NCBI GenBank assembly: GCA_951406725.2
Contig: OX597822.1
Coordinates: 74,462,001-74,526,000, forward strand
Origin: Octopus vulgaris
Taxonomy: Eukaryota
Length of the DNA: 64,000 bases
Direction of reading: 5' to 3'
Made by a program: the position numbers and the translations under genes. Numbering within the stretch: position 1 is the stretch's first letter; the number at the start of each line of letters is the position of its first letter. Shown one piece after another: positions 1-13,276 of this stretch. Below the pieces are notes generated by a model. That model searched no databases, was not told where the DNA came from, and saw only the letters and a list, made by a program, of their open reading frames with translations.

Positions 1-255
1 CACAGCATACAATTTTAGGTCATTTTAGGACATGAACAAGAGACGGTGAATGAGCTTGGTTCTTCTTTTCCCTGTGTTGCATCCAGAATCTGATTTTATA
101 TCACCATTCTTAAAGATAGAAAGTCCAGTAGCACTCTGGCTTTGGAATATATTTGTAGATAATGCTGTGAGGCTGGTGCTTAGTCATGGCGTTGAGGTGC
201 ATGAGATGACAGTTTCTACAAAAATCTATAAACACATATCTGTCAACGCGGAGTC
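1..255 (-). other. Possible exon of a minus-strand host transcript
   Basis: Strong acceptor TTTTTTTCTCTCTTTCAG (273-256, minus strand) followed by non-repetitive sequence. No long ORF. Confidence 0.3.
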
Positions 256-639
256 TGAAAGAGAGAAAAAAATGACAGAGCAGGCGAGAGAAAATTGATG
301 TTTGTATTACTGCGAAACAAATGTCTCCGACAAAAAGTGTTAACCATAAACACATGCCTCAGCCACTGCATAATACAACAGTGTCTTGTCTTCAATATTA
401 GAAATGTAATAACAAAACCGAGCAACAAAAGGAGTTGGGCAAACGCTGCAACATCTGTTTGAAAATTGTATCTTCAGTTTCTCTATTCTATTTGTTATTT
501 TTTAAAAGAAAAAAATTAGGCTTCAACAATTTGTCCACCTTCGTTTACATGATATATATATATATAATACATCAGTAATTCGCTACCACAGTCACACGTG
601 GCATGTGTATGTTTGGTGTATGGGTGTTAGCGTGTATAC

Positions 640-731
<92 letters not shown>

Positions 732-792
732 CTATGTATGTATATATATAGATGTATGTATGCATGTATGTATGTATGTATAAATATTTATG

Positions 793-823
<31 letters not shown>

Positions 824-963
824 GCTAATATATACATATATGTGCATAAATACCCAAATACCCACTCAAACAGACATATGAATACATATTCATACATACG
901 TATGTACATACACGCACACATCCACAGGCACACACATATGTATGTATTATGTATGTATGTGTA

Positions 964-1014
<51 letters not shown>

Positions 1015-1171
1015 TATCTTGTGTTTATATTTGCTATATATATATATATATTTGTTTGTGTGTGTGTGTGTATAAACATATATGTGTATACTTGCATACA
1101 CATACTTACACATATATATATACATACATACATACACATACTCTCACACACACATATACATACATGCACAC

Positions 1172-1202
<31 letters not shown>

Positions 1203-1871
1203 CATACATACATACATACTTGCATACATGCATGCTTACATATATGTGTATGTGTGTATATGCATATATGCATGCATAATTAGTGAGATCGAGTGGGAGA
1301 GAAAAAGTGCAAAACAGGTGCTTATGCGCATTTATTTATGCACGCATGCATACACACGCTCACACACTCATATATATATACACACACACTGATCCAAATC
1401 TATACACCTTATCACAATGCATATGTACAATACAAGATGTGTATATATATGTATACAATTGCAGAAGGTCAGCAAATTTTGAAACAAAGTACCCCACCAC
1501 CACCACCACCACCATCACCCACCACCCACCATCCACCACTACCACCGCCAGCACCAGCAGCATCACTGCTTACATCTAACTCAACATGTCAACTTGGAAG
1601 TGATGATGAAGTCATCACACGAGTTATCAAATGTTTTCTGTATCCCACACAAGGAAACTGAGTCAAATTTCTATTCTCTGTGTCGCTCCCTATACACACA
1701 CACACACACAAACACACACACACGAATATGTGTGTATGTGTGTGTGTGTAGTGTGTAGGCTTGGAGACGCAAACAGGAAAATAGAACTCAAAACATGAGT
1801 ACATATATATGTATGTATGCATGTATGTATGTATGTATGTATGTATGTATGTATGTATGTATGTATGTATG

Positions 1872-1903
<32 letters not shown>

Positions 1904-2045
1904 TGTATGTATGTATGTATGTATTATGTATGTATGTATATATATATATCATTATTACATTATTACTATTATTAATATTTGGAAGAAGTAACAGAGTGAC
2001 TAAAAAACAGAGTTTCGCGTTAGCACTTATGTATCTAATATATAC

Positions 2046-2114
<69 letters not shown>

Positions 2115-2175
2115 TATATATATATACATACATATTATATATGTATATTATATACTATATATGTTATATATATAT

Positions 2176-2516
2176 ATACTAATAAATATTAGGGAATAAA
2201 TCCAAATTTACAGGGAAAAATCAGATTTAGGATTGAATCCAATTTTATAGTAAAATATAATATAATATTAATTAGAGACAAAACCACTATTATGCAAATC
2301 AAACAAAGAAAGACTTAATCCAATACATAAAAAATAGTTTAAAACTTGCAAAGAAGGTCTTGAAACCACCTGATGAATGTCCATAGAAGTGACAAGAAAC
2401 GATCGTAGTGGATATCTTAATTATATTTAATTTATATAAAATTTTTTATGTATTGGATTAAGTCTTTCTTTGTTGTATTTGCATAATAGTGGTTTTGTCT
2501 CTAATTAATATTATAT
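2176..2516. mobile_element. Penelope-like pLTR fold-back remnant between (TA)n tracts
   Basis: ~75-bp inverted repeat (about 2260-2335 vs 2441-2516) bracketing the hammerhead. Confidence 0.7.
2366..2411 (+). ncRNA. Minimal type I hammerhead ribozyme (Penelope pLTR type)
   Basis: CCAC-CTGATGA-aTGTC(catagaagt)GACAa-GAAAC-GATC-GTA-GTGG. Stem I is CCAC/GTGG, the core is intact and stem III is the palindrome ACGATCGT. Confidence 0.85.
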
Positions 2517-2754
2517 ATATATACTATATATGTTATAAATACATATATGTATAAATAAGTAACATAGATGTACAGGTGTTAATTCATTACGGCCGTTTCA
2601 GGCGGCTGCATTTAATTGATATGGGCTGCATTCTCTGCACACACGACAGGAATACAAGGTACAAATATCTCTACACTAATTCTTGATATTCAATATTCGA
2701 ATAATATTTTTGGAGTGTGCGAACAAGTACCTAATTCAATTGAATTCTACATTT

Positions 2755-3121
<367 letters not shown>

Positions 3122-3478
3122 GTATATATGCATACATACATATATGATTGGTAGATAGACACATAGATAGATAAATAGATATATAGTTAGATAGATAGAT
3201 AGATCGATATATAGATAGATAGATAGATAGATATATACATACATATATACATACATACATACATACATACATACATACATACATACATACATAAAGAAAG
3301 GGAGAGAGAGAGAAAGAGAGAGATAACAATAGATGCACACACACACATGCATATACAAATATATAAGTACGTACGTATGTATGTATGTATGTACAGGTTG
3401 TTCTTTTAATTTAGACATGGCCAGGGCCAATCTTTGGCCGAAGCATGTGTATATACATACATACATACATATGTACAT

Positions 3479-3522
<44 letters not shown>

Positions 3523-3628
3523 TTACACCTGCATATATATATATACATATATAGAGAAAGAGGGAAAGACTTAGATATAGATGTAAGAGTATTTTTGTGT
3601 GTGTGCGTGTGCGAGTGTCTGTCTGTAT

Positions 3629-3696
<68 letters not shown>

Positions 3697-3803
3697 ATGT
3701 ATGTTTGTATGTATGTATGTATGTATGCGCGTGTGTATTTGTGCGTGTGCATGTGTGGATCTTTGAGGTTGCGTGTGTGTGAGGAATTGTTTTCGAACTG
3801 AAT

Positions 3804-3842
<39 letters not shown>

Positions 3843-4833
3843 GAAGAAAGAAAAAAAGAAAGAAAGAAAGAAAGAAAGAAAGAAGGAAAGAAAGAAAGAG
3901 AGATAGAAAGAACAAGGCTAGTGACGAAGGAAGATATATTTCCATGATGGACTATCTGAAGAAACAGCATCACTGACAAGGAATCGCGTTTAGGAGTCTT
4001 TGTTAGAATTCTCAGGAATGTCTTACATCTCAACAGCTAAAGAATGTGAGACTGGAAAGAGCCTAGGCTGGATGGGAAAGGGGTAAGATGAGGGATGTAT
4101 GTGTCAACTCAATCTTTGTACTCCTTTGAAAAGGAGAATATAACAATTTGTATGCGCATGCGCGCATGTGTGTGTGTGTGTTGTGTTATGGTATATACAT
4201 ATGCAGTTGCAGGCATGGCTACATGGTTCAGAAACTCTTTTAGCAACCAGATGAGATGGTTTCGGGTTCAGTGCCACACCACAAGACCCTAGGGAAATGT
4301 CTTCTACAATAAGCCTGGACCGACGAATGTCTTCGTACACGGAAACTGTGAGGAAGCCTGTAGAATATGTGTGTGTATGTGTGAGTGGTATGTGTGTGCG
4401 TGCGTATGTGTGTATGAGAGAGAGAGAGAAAGTTCTTGTCCCTTCCACCGCTTGACTGTCGGGGTTGGGTTTATTACGGCCCTTTAACCTAGCGGTGCGG
4501 CAAAAGCAATGACAGAATAAGTACAAGACTTAAAAATAAGTTCTGATGTTAGTTTCTTCGACTAAAATTTTTATATTTTCATTTTTCTTCTGAAATCATT
4601 TTTTTTTTTTATTTACTTCAGTCCTTCGGCAACGGTCATGATGAGGGCAGAGACATGAAGAATTTTAGGCGATCAAATCGACATGAATACTTATTCATTA
4701 AGTCTGGTACTTATTCTACTAGTCTCTTTTACTGAATCGCTAAGTCATGGGGAGGTAAATAAACCAACACCTTTTGTCAAGCGGAGACATGGGGACAATT
4801 ACAAGCACATAGACACACACACGCACACACACA

Positions 4834-4900
<67 letters not shown>

Positions 4901-4999
4901 TTACGACAAGCTTCCATATAGTTTCTGTCTACCAAACTGGTTCACAAGGTATTGGTTGGGTCGAGGCTATAGTAGAAGACACTCGATGGCTAAGCTGCC

Positions 5000-5400
5000 G
5001 TATCCTGGAGGTGTGTAACCTGGAGATTGGAGAATCCCTTCAGGTTGAACCGCTTCTTCGTATTGAGAGGTTACAGCTTCGGTAGATTGGACATGTATTA
5101 ATAGTTCAAATGTTACAGGAAAAAAATCGCAAGACAAATTCTGCAAGCTGAGCCAAGCAGCAGGGGACCTAGGGGTATATCAAGAAGGATATGGTTGGAC
5201 AATATCCATAGTCTGAGACAATATCCATAGTCTCAAACAATATCCATAGTCTCAGACAATATCCATAATCTCAGATAATATCCATAATCTATGTTAGTCA
5301 TGTAGAACAATCCAGCAGGAAAGTGTTATGACGGTTGCTTCTGACAGGATAGTATGAAGGAGGTGTCACGATCTTTCAAAAGATAGTGGGCGTCGAATAT
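5000..5400 (+). pseudogene. Decayed RTE-clade LINE 3' fragment
   Basis: Translates to ESLQVEPLLRIERLQLR*IGHV and PRGISRRIWLDNIH, resembling the RTE C-terminus. Contains stops. Confidence 0.6.
5198..5291. repeat. 19-bp tandem repeat x5 (GACAATATCCATAGTCTCA)
   Basis: Five adjacent near-identical units with no spacers. Confidence 0.85.
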
Positions 5401-5543
5401 GGATGATGTATAACTTTAGTCCATTCATTTAATCAGCCTTATACAGCTCAAAACGAAGTTATTCAAGTACATTTGACCCTTTGGTGAACGCTTTGTACAA
5501 AAAATATATTTGCGAGTTATTATTTGATGCACGTGGGCATATA

Positions 5544-6065
5544 CCGTAAATCCTCGAGTATATAGTCCGCCTTTGAGTAAAATACGCAGAGGATTTTTAG
5601 GTGGCTGTACCTCTGAAAAACGTAAATCTTCTGTATAATGCGCACTCATTCTCTAACTTGAGTCGTGCGTAATTAAGCCAGCAGCACCAAGTCAAACAAA
5701 CACTTCCACGCATGCGTAATACAATAATGGTGATGTTCTTAACTGTTATATGGGAATGTAAATGTTTGCAAATTGTTTTTGCTACATGTTATTCTGTGTT
5801 CTGAATACTTTTATTTTAATAAATGTTGCTTACTGCAAGTTATGGATGATTCTTTTATGACTTCATTGCTTTCAGGCTTAGCTTAAGGTATTTTCGCGCC
5901 CGACATCACAAAATGCATCTGAATAAACATTGCCGGACAGCAAATAGAGACTCGGACATTGCTTAGAAAATAATTTTCATTTTTAACCTCGTATATAGTA
6001 CGCACTAGGGATTTTGACCTTTAAATTTTGGGGGGAAAATGCGGATTATACTCGAGGACTTACGG
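5544..6065. mobile_element. Tc2/pogo-like MITE (~520 bp)
   Basis: TIRs CCGTAAATCCTCGAGTATATAGTCCGC / GCGGATTATACTCGAGGACTTACGG, TA on both sides, and subterminal GTATA..T.CGCA repeats. Confidence 0.85.
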
Positions 6066-6150
6066 TATAGGCACACACACACACCTACATACATACATAC
6101 ATACATACATACATACATACATACATACATACATACATACATACATACAT

Positions 6151-6229
<79 letters not shown>

Positions 6230-6232
<3 letters not shown>

Positions 6233-7848
6233 TTGCGGCCAAAATGTTCAGAACGGCATTGTTTTCGTCAGAAAAGTAGGTATAATTTTTTATCAAAGTT
6301 GTTTAATATTCTATAATTTTCCCCGACAATAAATACAAAATTAATTGTTATTGTCTGAGATTTTGGTGTAATTACACCAAAATCTCCTCTCTCTGAGAGG
6401 ATAATACAAAAGTTATGGATGATTTAGTGATTTACTGCAAAATCCATGGCGGCCAAAATGATCCGAACGATTGCGTTTACTCCGTGTTTTAGTATATTTA
6501 ACCGGCGAACCCTAATGTTTTGAATTTGTTTACGTGACGGTTCGTTTACTAAACATTAGTAAGAATATCTGCAGTGTGCTTTGTTAATATAATGCCACTT
6601 ACTCCGTTACCAATTCGTCAGCAGATTATTAAGTTTCGAAAAAAGGATAATTTAAGTATTGAGTCTATTGCAAAGATTGTTAACAAGTCAAAAAGTGTTG
6701 TTCACGGTATTCTTAAGGTCTACGATGATTGTGGTTCGTGTGAAGCAAGAAAGTCTACAGGTAGGCCAAGAAAAACGACCAAGAGAGATGATCGTGCTAT
6801 GGTAAGGTTGGTTAAAATGGACAGGTTTAAAACTGCTGCTGCTGTTTCTCGGGAAATGAGCATTGTACTGAATAAAACTTTATCTCGAAAAACTGTGTCT
6901 CGTCGTTTAGTTGAACATGACATACAAGCAAGAGCACCTGCAGTGAAGCCACTGATCAGCTCCAAGAATAAAAAGTGTCGTCTTATCTTTGCAACCGAAC
7001 ATGTGTTGTGGTCTCAAGAAAAATGGCAAACGGTGCATTTCAGTGATGAATCTAAGTTTATGTTATTTGGCTCAGTAGGTGAAAAATTGTCGCTTGAATG
7101 CCTTAAGACTAGTGTTAAATTCGGTGGAGGAAGTGTCATGGTTTGGAGGATGATATCTGGGGATGTTGTGGGCCCTTTGCTGCGATTACATGGAAAGGTA
7201 AATGCAGGAGTTTATAAACAACTTGTAAAAGATCATGCCTTGCCTGTGCTGAGAAATTCAACTAAGCGATCACCCATATTCATGCAGGACAATGCCCCAT
7301 GTCACAAGACTAAAGTGGTCATGAACTTCCTCAAGGCTGAAAAGGTTATTGTTATGGATTGGCCAGCTCTAAGCCCAGATCTCAATCCTATTGAAAATGT
7401 GTGGAATATTCTAGGAGAACGTTCGAAAGCCAGAAATCCTAAAACAACCGAGCAATTATGGAATGCCCTTCAGGAAGAATGGAATAAGATCACCCAGCAA
7501 GAAATTGATAATTTAATTTCCTCATGCAGTCGAAGATGTCAAAGTGTGATTGAAGCTAAAGGGCTTCACACTAAATATTAAATAATTCCAGTATTCTCTG
7601 TCATTTTTGATTATTTTGTTATTTTTTTAACCGTTCTGATCATTTTGGCCGGTATGGGTGTTGCAGTAAATCCCTAAATCATCCATAACTTTTGTATTAT
7701 CCTCTCAAATTACACCAAAATCTCAGACAATAACAATTAATACTGTATTTATTGTTTGTGAAAATTATAGAATATAAAACAACTTTTATAAAAACTTATG
7801 CCTACTTTTCTGACGAAAACAATGCCGTTCTGAACATTTTGGCCGTAA

Positions 7849-7851
<3 letters not shown>
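6230..7851 (+). mobile_element. Tc1-family DNA transposon, IR/DR type, ~1.62 kb, inserted in (TA)n
   Basis: TIRs of ~220-240 bp (CAGTTGCGGCCAAAATGTTCAGAACGG at 6230; reverse complement ends at 7851). An inner direct repeat GGCCAAAATGATC(C/A)GAACG lies at the inner TIR ends. TA flanks both sides and the element encloses a transposase ORF. Confidence 0.97.
6592..7581 (+). CDS. Tc1 DD34E transposase (329 aa from ATG 6592), probably with a short in-frame deletion
   Basis: N-terminal HTH region, GRPRKT AT-hook-like motif, FSDESKF, FMQDNAPCH and WPALSPDLNPIENVW, with 34 residues between the second D and the E. Ends in GLHTKY. Confidence 0.95.
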   Translation: MPLTPLPIRQQIIKFRKKDNLSIESIAKIVNKSKSVVHGILKVYDDCGSCEARKSTGRPRKTTKRDDRAMVRLVKMDRFKTAAAVSREMSIVLNKTLSRKTVSRRLVEHDIQARAPAVKPLISSKNKKCRLIFATEHVLWSQEKWQTVHFSDESKFMLFGSVGEKLSLECLKTSVKFGGGSVMVWRMISGDVVGPLLRLHGKVNAGVYKQLVKDHALPVLRNSTKRSPIFMQDNAPCHKTKVVMNFLKAEKVIVMDWPALSPDLNPIENVWNILGERSKARNPKTTEQLWNALQEEWNKITQQEIDNLISSCSRRCQSVIEAKGLHTKY

Positions 7852-7897
<46 letters not shown>

Positions 7898-8036
7898 TGT
7901 GCGTGTGTGTGTTAATATATACATTAAAGGGACGTTTCGGGTAAGGCCGAACAAGTTTCTTCAATGTAATATCATACAATGCTTCACCAAAACTACCATG
8001 TGTGTGTGTGTCTGTGTGTCTATATGCGTGTGTGTT

Positions 8037-8071
<35 letters not shown>

Positions 8072-8162
8072 TCCTTTCCTGAGCGCTGATAGTACATTAC
8101 TTATTACTTGTACTATGTCCTCGCGTTGTTGTTTTTCTATGTTTGTTCTTCATTATTTGGAT

Positions 8163-8241
<79 letters not shown>

Positions 8242-8732
8242 AATATATATATAATAGAAATATTAAAATAACTAAGTCTCTCTACGCACACACTTTTACT
8301 GGGACGAAAGTGTACAAGTGTGTGCGGAGGATGTATATATATAATGTATATATGTGAGATATACATACATCCTGAACATCAACATAACGAAGATTTATTA
8401 AATTTCATTTACATACCGACACTTATTCTCGAAGTGTAACATATCAAACATTTTTCCCCTTTTCCGTAATTCTGTCCATCGCACCCTCTCCGTGTGTATA
8501 TATATATGTACGCACACACACACGCATACACACACATATATATATATATATACATATATATGTGTATATATATATATATGTATGTATATGTGATATGTGT
8601 ATATAAACATTCATATACATATCTGTATGTGCCTACATTTATAAATATATATGTGTGCTTTTATGTATATGGATATATGTGTGGATGTAGATAGATAGAC
8701 AGACAGACAGATAGATAGATAGATAGATAGAT

Positions 8733-8794
<62 letters not shown>

Positions 8795-8895
8795 GTACAT
8801 ATATATCTATGAGCGTATATACCAACATTCATTAATAACTGGAGTAGTATATACACACACTCATAAATTTATATACATATATGTATGCGTGTGTG

Positions 8896-8950
<55 letters not shown>

Positions 8951-9484
8951 GCCCATATACATATAGACACGCGTGCACGCGAATGTACACAAAAGAATTC
9001 ATACATACATACGTACATACATACATACATCGTTGGGAAATTTTAGATTCCGTTTCAAAACATCTGCAAAAGAGAGAGACCACCAACACATTTTAGTCGA
9101 CCTTCTTTTTCCATGTTCGTTTTTGCCTTATTTTTTATTCTAAATGACCTTCTAGACATTTGACAACAATAACAACGAACATGGCGAGACCACATCGATG
9201 GCGATGGCGATGACAGATCTTTGTTTAAGCGAAACAATACGGTGATAACATGCACACGTAGAGATATACACGCATATACGCATGCACATGTATTTATGTA
9301 CAAAGCATGGCTAGAGAAATCTCGAAGCTCATCGTTAATATAGCAATGATAAAAACGAGAACGGTACCTGGCGTTGTCTGAGAAATATTAGAGGTGGTGG
9401 CCAATTGGTCAGTTTGTTGTCAGCTAATCATTGCAATTCTACAATTTCATTTCGAACATAATGTCTACAATACTGGCACGACTT

Positions 9485-9868
9485 AAGGCGGCGAGCTGGC
9501 ATAAACGTTAGCGCGCTTGGCGAAATGCGTAGCCGTATTTCGTCTGCCGTTACGTTGTGAGTTCAAATTCCGCCGAGGTCGACTTTGCCTTTCATCCGTT
9601 CGGGGTCGATAAATTAAGTACCAGTTACGCACTGGGATCGATATAATCGACTTAATCCGTTTGTCTGTCCTTGTTTGTCCCTTCTGTGTTTAGCCCTTGT
9701 GGGTAGTAAAGAAATAGGTATTTCGTCTGTCTTTATATTCTGATTTCATATTCCGCTTTCATCCTTTCAGGATCGATAAATTAAACATCAGTTGCGTACT
9801 GGAGTAAATCTAATCGACTGGCCCCCTTCCCAAAAAATTTCGAGTCTTGTGTCTAGAGTAGGAAAGAA
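9485..9868 (+). mobile_element. tRNA-derived SINE family A, dimer (tail X unit + tail Y unit)
   Basis: A-box-like TGGCATAAACGTTAG, B box GAGTTCAAATTCC and central GCCTTTCATCC..CGGGGTCGATAAATTAAGTACCAG domain. Confidence 0.88.
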
Positions 9869-10006
9869 CACGTTATGACTTGTAGCAAAAATATATGTTC
9901 TTTTTACGGATAAGTCTGTATTTTGTAAAACGATTAAGAAAAAATAGTACACAGAAACAAGCATTCATATATACATTACTTTCTCTTTCTCTCTCTCTCT
10001 CTCTCT

Positions 10007-10051
<45 letters not shown>

Positions 10052-10084
10052 TCTATACATACGTATACACTTACATCTATACGT

Positions 10085-10275
10085 ATATATGCATGCATAT
10101 GTAGACACAGGACGTCACGAGACGTGTACAACAAAAAATTCGAAGTCAGAGTACATGGAATATGAAGTATTTTTTCGAACAACGAAAGACACAAATGGAA
10201 AACAAGAGAAACAACATAAAGAACGACCCTTCATCTGTTGTTGGTTGTTTTTCTAATCTCGTATTTCGAAATCAT
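10085..10275 (-). repeat. Dispersed pLTR-like repeat. Copies at about 41905-42145(+) and 44790-44990(+)
   Basis: Shared CA(A/G)CC(G/A)A(C/T)AAC(T/A)G(A/G)TGAAG(G/A)GTC ... GTGACGTCCTGT...CATAT..GCAT. Degenerate hammerhead-like remnant at 41907-41960. Confidence 0.6.
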
Positions 10276-11289
10276 TAAGGTGCTAAATGCAAATTAAAAT
10301 CAAAAGGCAATAAATTAATTGACATTAAAAGTGACTAAGATGCAAGCCAGCACCGGCATTGCTAGAATTAAGAGTCAAAGAGCTCTTAGCTACGAACAGA
10401 ACACAGTTACTAGTCAATCCGTCAGACAGACAGACGGATAAATAGACACACAGATAGATAGACAGATAGACAGATAGATTACGATTCTATTTCCCGAATC
10501 TATTCAGCAGAGTGATGAGAATATCATACAGTAAAATAATAACTTGTTTCGGTGAAAGTCTTGAAAAGAATGCTGTCGCTATAAATTTTCTTCATTTGTA
10601 AATTATATATCTTCTTCGAAAAGTTACCATGCAGTTTCAAATAACACGGAAAATACAAGGGAAAAAATCATGCTTTCCACGGTTTCACATTTTAGTACCA
10701 AAATCTTGTACACTTAAAATGCTCTGTTAGTATCTATGACAATACCAAGAGATAATTAATAACGACAGCATTCCAGCCTAGAATTTTATATTATACGACA
10801 TTGTCTTTCACCCTATACAGCATATTGTTTCATGTTTCATATTTCTTTTCCCATCACACAAACGAGATTCGGAATAAAGTATCGAGATGATAGTGTTTCT
10901 AGATATAGGAATTTGTTTATAATTTCTAAAATATTCAAGTAGGCACATGTGTGGCTGTGTGGTAACTACATGCTTCCGGGTTCAGTCCCACTGCGTGGAA
11001 TCCTTGCGCAAGTGTCTTTTTCCACCATAGCCTCGGGTCCACCATAGCTTTGTGAGTGGATTTTAAAGACGGAAATTGAAAGAAGCTCGTACTATATATA
11101 TATATACATATAGGTGTGTGTGTCTTTCCGTCTGTGTTTGTTCCGCATCACCGATTGACAACCGCTGTTGGTGTGTTTACGTACCCGTAAACTAGCGGTT
11201 CGGCAAAAGAGACCGATAGAAAAAGTACTTGGCTTGAAAAAATATCCTGAAGCACAAGTCTGGGCAATGTCGTTTATGGAAGGCTAGCA

Positions 11290-11523
11290 GTCGCCCATAA
11301 ATACCAGCCTCTCCTCTGCATACCACCGATGTTATCCAAGGGAAAGACAGATACAGTTTGGCACCAGTGACATCGCAACTCATTTCTACAGCGGAATAAA
11401 TTGGAGCAACGTGAAATAAAGTGTCTTGCTCAAGAACACAACACACCGCCCGCATTGGGAATCGAAATCACAAACCCACAACTGTGAGCCCGACGCTCTA
11501 ACCACCGAGCCATACACCTTCAC
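11290..11523 (-). mobile_element. CORE-like tRNA-SINE family B. Other copies at about 24540-24670, 49395-49628 and 58742-59045 (all minus strand)
   Basis: Minus strand tRNA-like head followed by GTGTTCTTGAGCAAGACACTTTATTTCACGTTGCTCCA, resembling the CORE domain. Confidence 0.8.
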
Positions 11524-11529
11524 ACAATT

Positions 11530-12272
11530 GTTAGTACGCCGGGCGAAATGCTTAGAGGTATTTCGTATGCGTTACGTTGTGAGTTCAAATTCCGCCGAGG
11601 TCGACTTTGCTTTTCATCCTTTCAGGGTCGATAAATTAAGTACCAGTTACGCACTGGAGTCGATGTAATCGACTTAATACCTATGTCTGTCCTTGTTTGT
11701 CCGCTCTGTGTTTAGCCTCTTGTGGGTAATAAAGAAATAGGTATTTCGTCTGCTGTTACGTTCTAAGTTCAAATTCCGCCGATCTCGACTTTGCCTTTCA
11801 TCCTTTCAGAGTCGATAAATTAAGTACCGGTTACGCACTGGGATCGATATAATCGACTTAATCCATTTGTCTGTCCTTGTTTGTCCCTTCTATGTTTAGC
11901 TCCTTGTGGGTAATAAAGAAATAGGTATTTCGTCTGCCGCTACGTTCTGAGTTCAAATTCCGCTGAGGTCGACATTGCCTTTCATCTTTTCGGGGTTGAT
12001 TAAATAAGTACTAGTTACGCACTGGGATCGATGTAATCGATTTAATCCGTAAGTCTGTCCTTCTTTGTCCTCTCTGTGTTTAGCCCCTTGTGGGAATTAA
12101 AGAAATACGTATTTCGTCTGCCGCTACGTTTTGAGTTCAAATTCCGCCGAGGTCGACTTTGCCTTTCATCCTTTCGGGGTCGATAAATTAAGTACCAGTT
12201 GCTTACTGGGGTCGATCTAATCGACTAGTCTCCTCCCCCAAAATTTCGGGCCTTGCGCCTAAAGTAGAAAAA
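11530..12272 (+). mobile_element. SINE family A head-to-tail tetramer (3 tail X units + 1 tail Y unit, ~186-bp period)
   Basis: Four B boxes and four central domains. Junctions read AAAGAAATA(G/C)GTATTTCGTCTG. Confidence 0.9.
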
Positions 12273-13055
12273 AAACAACAAATGTTTCCCCATCGCAGCG
12301 TAGCAAGCGAGGTAACTAAAGCATTGTAATGTTCGTATGACGTGTCGCATTAGAAAGTAAATGGTAAATTTGCTCTGAAAGACAATTATTAATAGCCAGA
12401 GTTATATTGGTGGAAATGGTTAATTGAACTTGCTCAACCCGGAATCCAAAACCGCATCGGCAAACACTGTTTATCCGGTGAGCGAGATTTAGTCAGCAGC
12501 TCAGGTACACAGCAACGGTGCGCTGCTGCTGCACAGGTGGCTTTGCCCTTTCATCTCATTATGACAGGGTTCTTTTTTATTTTTTTGTTATGCTTTGTTT
12601 TGTTTGTTTTGTGTTTTGTTTCTTCGTTGTTGTTGTAGTGGTGGTGGTGGTGGTGGTGGTGGTGGTGACGGTGATAGATTTTGTTTCCAGTTAGAGATAT
12701 GCATAGAGAGAGAGGTGGAGGAAAGGAGAAGGAAGAGGAGGACGAAGAAGGTGAAGAGGACGAAAAGAAGGAAGAAAAGGGGTAGGAGGAGGAGGAGGAG
12801 GAGGAAAGATAGAGAGGATGAGGAATGCGTAATGGAACTTTCGAAAAACAGAGAAGGAAAACTTGTGCGTGTGTGTGTATGTATGTGTATGTGTGTGTGT
12901 GTGTGTGTGTGTGAGTGTGTGTGGTTCTGTGTATGTGTACATGTATGTGTGTGTGTGAGTGTGTGTGATTGAAACAGACAGGGTGAAGGAGAGAGAAAAA
13001 GAAAGGTAAAGAAAGATTGTGTGTGTATGTGTGTGTGTGAGAGAGGGAGGGGGAG

Positions 13056-13092
<37 letters not shown>

Positions 13093-13240
13093 GAGAAAGA
13101 GAGATAAAATGCTGTGTAGTTTTAGTGTTAAAAGGACTTCTTCACCTCATTGTATTATCATAATTATAACAGGTTGTATTGTTAGTCACCGAAGAAGAAA
13201 AGGAAAGTGACAAGGAGAGAGAGAGGGAAAGAGAGAGAGA

Positions 13241-13276
<36 letters not shown>

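Noticed and set aside
2583-2612. Minus-strand GAAACGGCCGTA as a complete hammerhead (likewise 16121, 37106 and the degenerate motif at ~39411-39455)
   Set aside because: No intact matching CTGANGA half was found, so these were treated as decayed remnants.
5198-5291. CRISPR-like array (also considered for the SINE multimers)
   Set aside because: No unique spacers, no cas genes and a eukaryotic context.
13138-13155. ATGAG|GTGAAG (minus strand) as a first coding exon spliced to 255
   Set aside because: The donor is weak and the resulting ~50-aa peptide has no recognisable features.
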